Part shown: positions 40,251 to 54,546 of the stretch, piece by piece
Numbering within the stretch: the stretch's first letter is position 1
Layout of the letters: the number at the start of each line of letters is the position of its first letter
Source of the DNA: Eledone cirrhosa
Taxonomy: Eukaryota
Direction: 5' to 3'
Assembly: GCA_964016885.1 (NCBI GenBank)
Contig: OZ024743.1
Location: 12,586,001-12,650,000 of the forward strand
DNA length: 64,000 nt
The notes under the pieces: model-generated
Told to the model about the DNA's origin: nothing
The model's input: the letters and a program-made list of their open reading frames with translations, nothing else
The model's database searches: none
Translations under genes and position numbers: made by a program

Positions 40251-40474
40251 CACTGAATATGTATGAGCCCCGCGAGTTGGGTGGCTCTTCTAGCGCGTCT
40301 CCCTTGCCGTCCTCCGGGAAACGCCTTCTCCATTCTGTCCGCTGGGGCCGTGGGGAGACAAGCCGATTATATTACGAATTCTGTCGAATAGTCTTAAATA
40401 CTTCAACAAAGCACACACATATACACTTCATCTGTAATGAGTTGGTATTATAATGTAGTCTATAATGTAGTCTG

Positions 40475-40660
40475 GTGGATTGGCAGTATCGGTAGAGCGT
40501 CGGAGGCCATGCTTTCACGCATAGAGTTACGGCCCTTGCCATTCTGAGTTCAAATCCCGCCGAGGTTAACTTTTCCTTTCACCCTTACGGGGTCGATAAA
40601 ATAAAGTACCAGTAATGCACTGGGTAATTGCTGGCCTTGTGCCAAAAATAGAAACGATTA
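40475..40660 (+). mobile_element. SINE family A, full length
   Basis: Box A, box B, core and 3' end present. Confidence 0.88.
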
Positions 40661-40989
40661 TAATGTCTATAATGTAGTCGGGATATATAAAATAGTTTAG
40701 TTTCTTTTTCTTTTTAATTAGGTGGCGCAAATGTACTGATATAGAATCTGCAACAGGTAAATCAAAGTGTGAAAATAATGGAGAAGGTTTGGATATGTCA
40801 TTTATTGTTTTTTATATGACAAAACCTTTATGATTGTTTTTTCGTGTTGTATTCCCAGTATTGACAGGTTTTCAAGTCAAACTGGTACCTAATAGAACAG
40901 GCAATGATGATTTCAGTAGTATAGTGAAGTGTGTGAGATAATATGATTGATAATTCTTGCATTCAATCGCTTCAAATATACTTGCTTCC

Positions 40990-42410
40990 GGAACATGCTC
41001 TGTAGCATATAGTTATGGCTTATGCTCAGTGGTTAGAGTAAGTGGCTACCTATCGAAACCGTTTCAAATCCTGCGCTCGGTCCGTCAAGGATGTCATCTC
41101 TTCTCCCTTCTTTATGTGTCGATTCTCAAGCAAACAGTTCGGAAATCGAGCTGGTCTGCCACTACCCAGAGGAATATGAAATTTTGACAGGAGCAAAAAT
41201 CAGTGTCGGTGGGTTTGCAGCTCGATACTTGGAGAGGCAAATCCATGCCGTTCAACGGTATCCGCAGAGGATAGACGGTCGGACTAATGAAGTTGCTCGA
41301 GGTCTGGTTCGGTCCGAATCTCCAGGGGTATAGGAACTAGGACGAGGTAACGTGTAAGGTGGCCATTCTTACCCCAAAATGGGTCTAGAGGGAGCTATCT
41401 CCGAAAATTCGGGCGGAGGTGCAAACGCGTGTTTCGCTTCTGTCATTTATTAACGCTTGACCGTTGTACTTGCCTCACTTTGCGCGGAGGACTAGTCATG
41501 CCGTAGCTGATGATGCGCAAACATACGCTGAGTCTACGACATTTGTAGATATTTATAAACGGTGGATTTTACATATCTCCACAGCTCATCTATTTGACTG
41601 AGTTGCAGTCCTGGTCAAACGAAGAACGAGGCTGGAATGTCAAACGCTCACAGCCCTCACAGCCTGATGAGAACGAACTAGTCTGTCTGGTCCGGAGCCT
41701 ATGTCTAATTTCCAGAAATCTCTGCTTGGCCATGCTACCGTGTGGCACTGCTGGTTCGAGACAAACTCTACAGGTCCGGAAGTGCTGCTAGACAGACCTA
41801 CCCGAGAGCTATGAAACTGTTCTACACGCACTCATCTATTGTCCAAGCATTGCTAACTTGCGGAGTTTTGTCGAACAATTATTGCCACATGTAAGTCGGA
41901 TTTGGTTGTCAGCCGACTCCAATCTGAAGATCGCCCCGTTATCTTCTTTTGGCCGGGAAAGACAGACAGTTTTCCACTGCCTGGTGGCTGTTGCGAAAGG
42001 GATTGTGTAGTGGACGCGGCTGAAATAACTGAAGACGGACACTCTTTGGCCAAGCTTTCATCAACTTTTACAAGTTTCACTAGGAAATGAAGGAGAAGGT
42101 CGAGAGGGAAGTACTGCTCTCAGTACATTTATTAAAAGGTAGGTGGATGTAGCGAGAATGGCCCGAGTAGACAGGCCTACTTTGACCATGTACCTGATGG
42201 TGCTCTTGGTTATTAGGGGTGGTTTAGGATCTGTGGGGTTCCTAAGGTATCCCTGAGTGGTACTATACCCTATTGGAGATTCTATTGTTATTAATTTGTT
42301 GTTAATTATTACCTGTTATCTTTTTACACCTTCTATGTAAATCCCCACTGTCCTTGTTTTTGTTTTGTCCTTTATGTTTCGTCCGTAGTGGCCAATAAAG
42401 AAATAATTAT
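40990..42410 (+). pseudogene. degraded L1/Tx1-like LINE
   Basis: SVRQGCHLFSLLY RT motif; similarity to 61447-62690; 3' end ggccaataaagaaat. Confidence 0.65.
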
Positions 42411-43469
42411 CATTAGTAAATAGTACTAGTATAGATGAGGATGAAGAAAAAAGAAAGAAAGAAGGAAAGAGGAAAGAAAGAAAAAAAAGAAAGGAAAACT
42501 CGCTTCTGTTAGAACCGTTGTTGAAGCATGTTTTGGTAGCGGATTCCGGCTGCCTGAATAGTTTAAGTCCTGTGTGAGGTCGGTCTAGATAGTTAGGGTG
42601 GTGGGAGAGAGAAAGAGAGAGCGAGATGTAGGTAAGTTGTATTTAAAGACGATACGAATATAAATAGAAATTCGTGGTGGTGATAGATATGTACATACAC
42701 ATTTATATACATGTATGTTTGTTTGTGTATCTATGTATATATGTATGTCATGCGCACGCAATTTCTTTTTTATATGCGGGTGTTCTTAAGTTCATTATTT
42801 TAGCCATCATGTGCAAAGTTACGCTGGCGCACCGCCTTCAATGTATATAACAGATACACGCGTGTACACACACACACACGCACCCCTCACATATATATAG
42901 TTATGCATATACATACATATACATATATATATATATATATTTATACATATACATATATATTTATACTCATACACACACACACACACACATATATATATAT
43001 GGTAACGGCAGCCAGTTGGAAGAGTCGCTGGAGTATTGGATAGGTTAGAATTCTTCGGTTTTCGATTGTGCTGACATCCCACCTAGGTATACTCTACCTT
43101 ACTTCTTTCCAGTGTCAATAAATATATATATTGGGTACGACTAGTATAACGATAAACTAGATTGGACTAACAGTTTTTTTTCTTCTAAAAAATCCATTTT
43201 TAGCAAATGGATGTTAAGATTTTATTAAAAATAAGTTATACTCTGCCTCCTACTCACTCGCTCACACACTCCAAACTACACATTCACATACCTACACATA
43301 CATATATACATATATACATAAATGCAATAGTATAACTATACACATATACCTACCTGCAGACACAACTATACACCCATTAGCAGAGATAAACCTCAATGAT
43401 ATAATAAATACATATTCTCTACTTTGGTATAGAGCACTTTCCACTCCAGTTCATAAACCCAAACGTATG

Positions 43470-43568
<99 letters not shown>

Positions 43569-43576
43569 CTATCTAT

Positions 43577-45924
43577 CTAAGGCGGGTAAAATTCCCGAGA
43601 CCCATGGACGAGTTCTCTCCAGCGGTCTCTGTCCCTCATTATCGCTGCCATGTCCTGCATCTCCAACAGACCAGTGTCTGTCCTTAGGGCATCAGCATAC
43701 GTTAACCTTGGTCTTCCCCTTCTAGTGTGTCCATGTAGGGGCTCCCAAAGGAGTACTGAGTGCAATGTCAACTCTGGATGTCGGTGAGCATGTCCAGCTA
43801 ACCCCAGTCTCCTCTGTGTCACTTTTGAGCTGACTTTTGGGATTCTCCCATACAGCTGAGTTTTTCATCCTCAGTGTATACTGATTAATGTTCAGAGCCA
43901 TCTTCAGCATTCTCGTGTAGCACCCATCCACCATCTGAGTGAGTTTCTTGGTCAGTGTCCAAGTCTCAGACCCATACAGCAGCACATACTCCACTACAGC
44001 AATGAAGAGGCGGATTTTCAGGTCTCTACGAAGGTCCGACTTCCACACCGATCTCAAGCTGTGGCACGCCGCCCAGGCCTTGCTCTTCCTCTCAACCACA
44101 TCATCTTCCGTATTCCCAATCTTTGCTCCCAAATACAGGAAGTCCTCAACCAATTCCAGCGGCTTCCCGCCTACATTAGTGATCCCTCTGGCTTCTCAAC
44201 ATTCTCTACCAGATATTTTGTTTTAGTCTCATTCATTCTCAGCCTCACACTCATCGACACAGTCTCAACCTCCCGCATCAAATCCTCTGCCTCCTTCACT
44301 GTATTTGTCACCAAAACTATGTCGTCGGCAAATTCAGCATCCGATACCTTTTTCGCCCTAACTCTCCTGCTCTGAGCCGGTGCTACAGTAAAGCCAGAGT
44401 CCTGGTGTTTTTCCAGTGCAAGGCGCATACAATAGTCCACTACGATGATAAAAAGGTAGGGAGCCAATGTATCTCCCTGGAGCACTCCAGCCAGTATCTC
44501 AAAGAACTCTGTCATCCCATCAGGTGTAATGACTTGGGCTTTGGTGTTGGTGTAGAGCAGTGATATCAGGTCCACTATCCTCTTGGGGATTCCATAAGCC
44601 TGTAAGATCTTCATCAGACAGTAACGGTCCACAGAATCAAAGGCCTTCCTAAAGTCAATGAAAACCATGACCGCAGGAAGGCACTTTGCTCTAGCTCCCT
44701 CTAATATCCTCCTCAGCATCAGGATGTGACTGGTGGTTGATCTACCCTCTCTGAAGCCGTTCTGGTTGTCCCTGAGCTTCTTCTCCATCTTAGGCTGGAT
44801 CCTGTTAAGAATCATCCTGTTGAGGGTCTTTGCCACAAGTGACGTCAGTGAGATCCCCCGGTAGTTGTTGGTGTTAGAGAGATCTCCCTTCTTTGGCACT
44901 GGGACGATGTTACTGATCCTCCACTGATTCGGGGCAACTCCTTTCTCCAGTGCCCCGTTACAGAACCCCAGGATGATATCATCAAAATCACACCTCTTCA
45001 TCACCTCTGATGCCACTCCATCTTCTCCATGAGCCTTGCCCTCCTTGATCCTCTTCTTGGCTCTCTGAAGCTCCTCTCTGGTGAAGGGCTCTGTCTCAAC
45101 ATCCAGTTCCTCAAACAGCCGCTTGATCTCCCCAGTGCTCTGGGCTGTGGAGGGTGGCTCTCCTAGTAGGGTCCTAAAATGGTCTAGCCATTTCCTCTTC
45201 CTATCCTCGGGCCCCGTTCCCTGGATCTGACTCGAACACCTTCTCTTCCTCCCTGTGATCTCGTTGATGATCATCCAGTTCTCCTTACATCCAGATCTGT
45301 CAACCGCTCTCTCCACACTTCTGATCTTCTCTATCAGTGCCTCTTCTCTGACCTCAGTGTAAGCGGTACAGAGCTCTTCCCTCATCACCTCCACAGTCTC
45401 CATCCTCTCCTCCGTAGGATCAGCATAGAATTGGTCCCTGGCAGCTTTCAGGTGTTCTCTGGCTGCACACACTTTTGGGTTTGCAGAGCTGACGTGCTTC
45501 CCTTTGTTCCTTTTCCTCGGCACCAGGGTTTCACTTGCTTCCGCCACTGCATTGGTGAAGTGCCCGTACCTCCTCGTCACACTCTCCTCAGTCCATCCAA
45601 TCTCTCTCTCCTCTGACTCTCCACACAGAGCACTAAACCTGTTTCTCACTTCCACTGTGAACCTCTCCTGTAGCCTATCATCTTCCTTGAAAGCTCCCCA
45701 GTCATAGATTGTTCTCCGGGGCTGAGCCTTGCTCTTTCTTAAGCTCACGCGGACCTCACTCATAACAAGCCGGTGGTCACTACCCAGTGTACTGAAATAG
45801 CTGTATGGTTCCGTCTTCAGAACACTATTCCGCCACTTTTCCCTCACCAAAATGAAATCAATCTGGGACTTGGACAGGTGCATATCTGAGATGTAGGTCC
45901 ACATCTTCCCCAGATTCTTCCTAA

Positions 45925-45929
<5 letters not shown>
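43577..45929 (-). mobile_element. RTE-clade LINE (second family), 5'-truncated, frameshifted
   Basis: SQIDFI/SDHRLV end of APE; NYRGIS, FIDFRKAFD, GVLQGD, EFADD, YLG; near-identical to 49871-51973. Confidence 0.93.
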
Positions 45930-46006
<77 letters not shown>

Positions 46007-46310
46007 TATGTATACGTACATACATATATGTATACAAACGTACAGTTGTATGTATATACATACTTGCATACATATATATGTACGTATGGGTTTACCGAAC
46101 ATTTATTATAATATTCGGCTTGTTTTGTAAACCCATACGTACATATATATATGTGTGTGCATGTATGTATATACATACTACTGTACGTCTGTATACATAT
46201 ATGTATATACATACTACTGTACGTCTGTATACATATATGTATGTACGTATACATACTTATATTTAAATATCAGCCGTACTAAGAGTGAGAAATGAAATTT
46301 CATTTTTTGC

Positions 46311-46475
<165 letters not shown>

Positions 46476-46489
46476 TATATATATATATA

Positions 46490-48093
46490 CAGTGCCCCGC
46501 AAAATTTTACAATACATTAGGAAAAATGCAGTTTTAGGTATTTTTAATAAAGTTAGGGTAATGAAAATTTAACTACTGATAGAACATATAATGAGGCATT
46601 TAATGATACAATCATATTTAAAAAAACATAACAAGGAAATAACACATGAAGAAAAATCAATATTTTTATAACGCAAAAGTTTACAATACATTTTATATTT
46701 ATCGCTTTTTTTCAAGAAAATTCTTAAATTTTCAGATTTAAAATTCAGTAGAATGTTCTAGATTAGGTTTAAGGTAACTTCTAAGGACTATTAAAAACAT
46801 TACATCATTATTTGTCTGACAACCATCCTGTAAACATTGACAACCGTCCTGTAAACATTGACAATATGGGGAAAAATAAACTGATTGATCAAGACCTCCG
46901 TAAACGCATTGTAGACCTTCATACAAATGGTATTGGTTATAGAAAGATATCTTGTCAGTTAAATGTGCCATTGAGTTCAGTTGGTACAATAATTCGTCAC
47001 TGGAAATCTCATCATTCCATCTGTCCTCTAATTAGTTCTGGTTGTCCTAGAAAGATAACGGAACGTGCAGCTCGGTTATTGACGAGAAAGGTTGGCAACG
47101 AACCCCGGTGTACTCTTAAAAATCTTCAGGATGACCTAGAAGAAAGTGGAGTAAAAGTGAGCACAGATACAATTAGTCGTTCACTTCGTCGATATAATAT
47201 CTTCTCGAGGTCTCCAAGGAAAACACCACTTCTTACGAGGAAACACGTTCTTCGTCGATTAAACTTTGCAAATGAGCATCTCATCAAACCTGCGTCATTT
47301 TGGGAAGATGTACTTTAGTCGGACGAAAGAAAAATTGAACATTTTGGTCGAAATGCTGTGGCAAAAGTCTGGAGAAAGAAAGGTACTGAATATTCGCTGA
47401 AGAATACTATTCCAACTGTAAAATTTGGAGGTGGATCAATCATGGTCTGGGGTTGCTTTAGTGCCACAGGAGTAAGAAATATTGAAATAATAGAAGGAAG
47501 AATGGGTGGCACTTATTATAGAGGTATTTTCCAAAGGAATTTACATCAAAGTGCACATTCTCTCAGCTTAAAGCCAGGTTGGTTTTTTCAACAAGACAAC
47601 AATCCAAAGCATACTGCAAAGCTAACACAATCTTGGTTAAGTACGAATGGAATAAATGTTCTAAAATGACCATGTCAGTCTCCAGATCTTAACCCGATCG
47701 AAAATTTGTGGAGAGAATTCAAAAAAGGAAACCCCAAAATATCCCTGAACTAAAGAAAATTTGTTGTGAAGAATGGATAAATATTATCCAAGAAACATGC
47801 AAGAAGTTTGTAGGAGACTACTCCAAACGCCCTACAAGCTGTAATTAGCAACAAAGGTTACGCTACGAAATATTAAGAGATGATTTAATAAATGTGTTGT
47901 AAACTTTTGCGTTATAAAAATATTGATTTTTCTTCATGAGTTATTTCCTTGTTATTTTTTTTAAATTATGATTGTATCATTAAATGCCTCATTATATGTT
48001 CTATCGGTAGTTAAATTTTCATTACCCTAACTTTATTAAAAATACCTAAAACCGCATTTTTCCTAATGTGTTGTAAACTTTTGCGGGGCACTG
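46490..48093 (+). mobile_element. Tc1-family DNA transposon with IR/DR ends
   Basis: ~200-bp TIRs starting cagtgccccgc; TA on both sides; internal direct repeat cgcaaaa.tttacaatacatt at both ends of the TIR. Confidence 0.95.
46866..47876 (+). pseudogene. Tc1 transposase (DD34E type), disrupted
   Basis: Paired-like HTH, GCPRK, (W*)SDE, GGGSIMVWG, QQDNNPKH, (W*)PCQSPDLNPIENLW, GYATKY; two nonsense codons and frameshifts. Confidence 0.93.
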
Positions 48094-48104
48094 TATATAT
48101 ACAT

Positions 48105-48193
<89 letters not shown>

Positions 48194-48197
<4 letters not shown>

Positions 48198-48826
48198 AGA
48201 TAAATGGCGTGCTGCGTGGTTGCACATGGGTTACATATGAATAAAATTAGTCCTTCATCAGTGATCTTCCAACCTTCATTGATATTTCATCGCTTTAAAA
48301 ATCATATACCTCTGGTTGGTGCGAGCAATAACTAAATACAGTTATTGGGACAAGTAAAATAGGGTGAAGCGAGCAAGACATGTAAACAAACAAAGATGGT
48401 ATTGCAACGGAAAGATAGGAAGAGACAAGTACATGATATCTATAAGCTTAAGCTTGGTGAAATCATGGACGAGAGATACAGACCATCCGACATGGATGAG
48501 ATGTGAGCGAGAAAAGGATTTCACGCAGGTCAAACGGGAGGAAGTGAGAGAGGGGAGAAGCAGAGAGTGAGTGAGTGGAAGTGTGAGGAAGAGGTCAGCT
48601 GAGAGAGAGTGTGGCTGGCAGAGGGGGTAATAAGAAGGTGAGAGATACAGAGAGAGGGGAAGCAGTAAGAAGGAAACAAACAATCGCAGCTGAGGAAAAA
48701 ATATAAATATAAGAAAAATGGAGTGCTGCGTGGTTGCACATGGGTTACATATGAATAAAATTAGTCCTTCATCAGTGATCTTCCAACCTTCATTGGTATT
48801 TCATCGCTTTAAAAATCATATACCTC
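48194..48826. repeat. ~119-bp direct repeats flanking a purine-rich insert
   Basis: 48194-48312 and 48708-48826 are near-identical. Confidence 0.85.
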
Positions 48827-48833
48827 ATATATA

Positions 48834-49225
48834 TATAAACGTTTGGAGTTGTAAGGCCAAGACAATGCAGGTATGGATATAGAATATAAATGCAAATGCA
48901 AAAGATATTGTTGACAATTAGTCTTTTACCTTAAATTTATTTAAATATCCTTAATTTTCGAGAAAATATCTCTTCTTCGGAGGGAAGTAAAGTGGTTAAT
49001 CCAGTGTTCTAATTAGCTTGCCAAATCATGCTGACAGGCAAGCTAATTAGAACACTGGATTAACCACTTTACTTCCCTCCGAAGAAGAGATATTATCTCG
49101 AAAATTAAGGATATTTAAATAAATTTAAGGTAAAAGACTAATTGTCAACAATATCTTTTGCATTTGCATTTATATTCTATATCCATACCTGCATTGTATT
49201 GGCCTTACAACTCCAAACGTTTATA
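48834..49225. repeat. near-perfect palindrome, 189-bp arms and 14-nt loop
   Basis: Arms 48834-49022 and 49037-49225 with about two mismatches by eye. Confidence 0.95.
49076..49110 (+). ncRNA. minimal hammerhead variant (CCGAAGA core), mirrored on the minus strand at ~48949-48983
   Basis: cct-CCGAAGA-a-gagat(att)atctc-GAAA-a-TTA-agg followed by AATAAA. Confidence 0.6.
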
Positions 49226-49263
49226 CCTCATTACATAATGCTTCAAGTGAACTACAACTTCTT

Positions 49264-49340
<77 letters not shown>

Positions 49341-49342
<2 letters not shown>

Positions 49343-49724
49343 GAAATGACAGGAGGCTGGATTTGTGTAAATCCTTGAAAGGTTTATTATACTATGATCA
49401 TTTCAATGACCGGGTTCCGTATGAATCCGGTGATATCATCAGGTATTCGAAATATAATACGTGAATGTAATAGATAAAATCCATGGGGCTGAAAATCGGG
49501 GACCCGAGGGCGACCGCTATTCTGTTCCTTCAACCTCAGCTGGTCACCCTGGAGTGACGTGGCTAAAGTTTATAGTATGCTACTACCGGTCAGATAAACG
49601 AAAACAGAAAGGGATGGGAGCATAAGTTAACGTCGATCTCATGACACAAGGTAAAAGAAAGAAAGAAAGGAAGGAGAGAGAAGAAGGGGGAAGAAAGAAG
49701 AAGAGAAGCCAGGGTTAATGTCAG
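49341..49724 (-). mobile_element. hammerhead-bearing pseudo-LTR-like element, copy 2 (ribozyme at 49389-49446)
   Basis: Reverse complement of 23701-24087; ends in (TA)n. Confidence 0.78.
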
Positions 49725-49814
49725 GCTTTACGTTGAGTACTCTCTATATTATTGCATTACGATTGACCATACGGAATAGACCAGCTCTATACAGTGGTGA
49801 ACCTCAAACCTGAA

Positions 49815-49870
<56 letters not shown>

Positions 49871-49872
<2 letters not shown>

Positions 49873-51973
49873 GCTACAGGAGAGGTTCACAGTGGAAGTG
49901 AGAAACAGGTTTAGTGCTCTGTGTGGAGAGTCAGAGGAGAGAGAGATTGGATGGACTGAGGAGAGTGTGACGAGGAGGTACGGGCACTTCACCAATGCAG
50001 TGGCGAAAGCAAGTGAAACCCTGGTGCCGAGGAAAAAGAACAAAGGGAAGCACGTCAGCTCTGCAAACCCAAAAGTGTGTGCAGCCAGAGAACACCTGAA
50101 AGCTGCCAGGGACCAATTCTATGCTGATCCTACGGAGGAGAGGATGGAGACTGTGGAGGTGATGAGGGAAGAGCTCTGTACCGCTTACACTGAGGTCAGA
50201 GAGGAGGCACTGATAGAGAAGATCAGAAGTGTGGAGAGAGCGGTTGACAGATCTGGATGTAAGGAGAGCTGGATGATCATCAACGAGATCACAGGGAGGA
50301 AGAAAAGGTGTTCGAGTCAGATCCAGGGAACAGGGCCCGAGGATAGGAAGAGGAAATGGCCAGACCATTTTAGGACCCTACTAGGAGAGCCACCCTCCAC
50401 AGCCCAGATCACTGGGGAGATCAGGCGGCTGTTTGAGGTACTGGATGTTGAGACAGAGCCCTTCACCAGAGAGGAGCTTCAGAGAGCCAAGAAGAAGATG
50501 AAGGAGGGCAAGGCTCATGGAGAAGATGGAGTGGCATCAGAGGTGATGAAGAGGTGTGATTTTGATGATATCATCCTGGGGTTCTGTAACGGGGCACTGG
50601 AGAAAGGAGTTGCCCCGAATCAGTGGAGGATCAGTAACATCGTCCCAGTGCCAAAGAAGGGAGATCTCTCTAACACCAACAACTACCGGGGGATCTCACT
50701 GACGTCACTTGTGGCAAAGACCCTCAACAGGATGATTCTTAACAGGATCCAGCCTAAGATGGAGAAGAAGCTCAGGGACAACCAGAACGGCTTCAGAGAG
50801 GGTAGATCAACCACCAGTCACATCCTGATGCTGAGGAGGATATTAGAGGGAGCTAGAGCAAAGTGCCTTCCTGCGGTCATGGTTTTCATTGACTTTAGGA
50901 AGGCCTTTGATTCTGTGGACCGTTACTGTCTGATGAAGATCTTACAGGCTTATGGAATCCCCAAGAGGATAGTGGACCTGATATCACTGCTCTACACCAA
51001 CACCAAAGCCCAAGTCATTACACCTGATGGGATGACAGAGTTCTTTGAGATACTGGCTGGAGTGCTCCAGGGAGATACATTGGCTCCCTACCTTTTTATC
51101 ATCGTAGTGGACTATTGTATGCGCCTTGCACTGGAGAAACACCAGGACTCTGGCTTTACTGTAGCACCGGCTCAGAGCAGGAGAGTTGGGGCGAAAAAGG
51201 TATCGCATGCTGAATTTGCCGACGACATAGTTTTGGTGACAAATACAGTGAAGGAGGCAGAGGATTTGATTCGGGAGGTTGAGACTGTGTCGATGAGTGT
51301 GAGGCTGAGAATGAATGAGACTAAAACAAAATATCTGGTAGAGAATGTTGAGAAGCCAGAGAGGATCACTAATGTAGGCGGGAAGCCGCTGGAATTGGTT
51401 GAGGAGTTCTTGTATTTGGGAGCAAAGATTGGGAATACGGAGGATGATGTGGTTGAGAGGAAGAGCAAGGCCTGGGCGGCGTGCCACAGCTTGAGATCGG
51501 TGTGGAAGTCGGACCTTCGTAGAGACCTGAAAATCCGCCTCTTCATTGCTGTAGTGGAGTCTGTGCTGCTGTATGGGTCTGAGACTTGGACACTGACCAT
51601 GAAACTCACTCAGATGGTGGATGGGTGCTACACGAGAATGCTGAGGATGGCTCTGAACATTAATCAGTATACACTGAGGATGAAAAACTCAGAGCTGTAT
51701 GGGAGCATCCCAAAAGTCAGCTCAAAAGTGACACAGAGGAGACTGAGGTTGGCTGGACATGCTCACCGACATCCAGAGTTGACATTGCACTCAGTGCTCC
51801 TTTGGGAGCCCCTACATGGACACACTAGAAGAGGAAGACCAAGGTTAACATATGTTGATGCCCTAAGGACAGACACTGGTCTGTTGGAGATGCAGGATAT
51901 GGCAGCGATAATGAGGGACAGAGACCGCTGGAGAGAACTCGTCCATGGATCTCGGGAATTTTACCCGCCTTAG
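49871..51973 (+). mobile_element. RTE-clade LINE (second family), 5'-truncated, RT frame intact
   Basis: Open frame of ~700 aa with all RT motifs; the ORF-track N-terminus is only (TA)n read-through. Confidence 0.95.
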
Positions 51974-51975
51974 AT

Positions 51976-52084
<109 letters not shown>

Positions 52085-52140
52085 CATATATATATATACA
52101 TATACTTATATAATACACATATACTTATATACATACACAC

Positions 52141-52272
<132 letters not shown>

Positions 52273-52335
52273 TTATATATATATATACATATATATATAT
52301 ACTTATATATATATACTTATATATATATATATACT

Positions 52336-52367
<32 letters not shown>

Positions 52368-52381
52368 CTTATATATATACT

Positions 52382-52509
<128 letters not shown>

Positions 52510-52693
52510 CACACATATATATATATACACATATATATATATATATACATACATATATATATACATACATATACATACATACATACATACATATATATAT
52601 ATATACGAAAACTTAACAAGGAAACACAAAACAGGAGAACAATATACAGTGATTACATAATATTTTCATGCTTGTTACAGTTGGAAGATATCT

Positions 52694-52727
52694 CTTAACG
52701 TTTCGGTTGTGAGCCTTTCATCAGAAG
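52694..52727 (-). ncRNA. minimal hammerhead-like motif
   Basis: Minus strand: ctt-CTGATGA-aaggctcacaacc-GAAAC-GTT-aag; palindrome aacgtt. Confidence 0.6.
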
Positions 52728-52859
52728 TTAGAGAAGAGGAGATGTTTGGGAGAGAGACGAAAGGAAGACAGACAAGTGTAAAAAAAGAAAACAACGAACA
52801 AAACCCATAAGACCGGTTTCGCCGACCCGATAGCAGTGTGTCGAGATGTGATTTAGGGA

Positions 52860-53175
52860 CTAAGAATGCTAGAAGTCTCAACCGTTATAGGTTCAACGCT
52901 ATTTCAACAGCTTATGATATTCGGCTTCTCGAGGAACGAAAACTGTGTCTAACCCCGAATTCACTAGGCTGCCGCTGGTGGAAGTGCCGTTGCGTGTCAC
53001 CTTCCAGTCGAGGGGCTTACCACCGTGTAACGGTAATGCTATCTGGCCTTTTGCCGTTCCCTCGGTCTAACCCCACCGGCTCGAGCTGCAATGTGAAACC
53101 ATCAGCGTCTGAGCTATACTTAATGATCTCATTCAGAGCTGTATGACGTGGGAGGCGATCTGCACTGAAACATCA
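52860..53175 (-). pseudogene. CRE-clade restriction-like endonuclease fragment
   Basis: Minus strand RLPRHTALNEIIK...LEPVGLDRGNGKRPDSITV...EPITVETS. Confidence 0.75.
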
Positions 53176-53509
53176 TCACAATAGGTGAAGGTCGAAAGCA
53201 TCCATCATGGATCTAAAGCGGTATTTGTGTTGTTTGCATATTTGGAAGCCGAAACTCAGGGCAAAACCTGACCGACTGCTTCCTTTTGTACCGGTGTCCG
53301 TTGAGACCTCTGGCGACCCGTTTGAGAAGAGAGCCTCGTGGGGTGGGGTGACTGTTGCAGGGGGTGTCTCTGGCTAATCTGGCTAAACACTTTTGTCGTT
53401 TTGTCTGGAGTGAAGTGACGGTCCCTTTTCCTCTCCCTTTCTTTCACCGCTTGATCATTTCTTTTTCCCCTTTTCATTTCTCTTTTTCTTCTTCCTTTTC
53501 TGTTCCTTT

Positions 53510-53738
53510 TAATGATTTCTACTATAGGCGCAAGGCCAGTAATTTCTTTTTGGGGCGGGGGGGGGGGGGTCGATTAAATCGACGCCAGTACGTTCCTGGT
53601 GCTTTATTTTATCGACCCCGTAAGGCTGAAAGGCAAAGTTAACCTCGGCGGGATTTGAACTCAGACCATAAAGAATCGTAACTCTATGCTGCAAAGCATG
53701 GTGTCCGACTCTCTACCGATACTGCCAATCCACCGCCC
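53510..53738 (-). mobile_element. SINE family A, longer variant
   Basis: Box A, box B and core, with an extra gtcgatttaatcgac-polyC segment. Confidence 0.85.
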
Positions 53739-54428
53739 TCTGTTAAATAATGTGTTTTGTTTTTATTAGGTAATGCTCACTTATTTTTATATAATGTCAA
53801 TGGCCTTTCATGACATCGTGAAGCTTTGTATATTGAGTAAATTATATCGAAATAGAAACGAACGTTAGAGAAAGAATATAACACAAAAAAGAACAACAAA
53901 GCACCTTCCCTTGCTGTTACAAAAACAACAATAAACAACAACAACAACAACAATCTACATAAATGGTAAACATCTTCTCACAGAAGTTTTCATTTCATAT
54001 ATAGCAGGCCAGTTACCTCAGACAGTCCCCACCTCCCAACATTCGAACACGTGACCTTAACTATCTACCCGACCAATCTTCACCCGATTTCAACTGTAAA
54101 ACGTTCTTTCTCGTCTTAGCAGGTATTTTCGGTTTAGTTGAGTGAGGCTATAAATAGAGTTTGGAATAACTCCTTATCTGATTCACTTGAGTGAATACAC
54201 CATATGATGTTTCATCGTCTTCTCAAATCTGTGTGTACGTGTGCCCCTATACACGTTTGTGTGCGCCTATATGCAATTGTGTGCGTGCGCGCACATATAT
54301 ATTCTAAGTTCTAATATATATATATATATATATATAATGAAAAATTGAACAGGGACAGAACAGAGAGGCAGTACGATAAATGTTTATTAAATTCACGCTC
54401 AGGAGAGTGGGGGGTAGGTGGGGGACGA

Positions 54429-54493
<65 letters not shown>

Positions 54494-54511
54494 TATGTAT
54501 GTGTGTGTATC

Positions 54512-54546
<35 letters not shown>

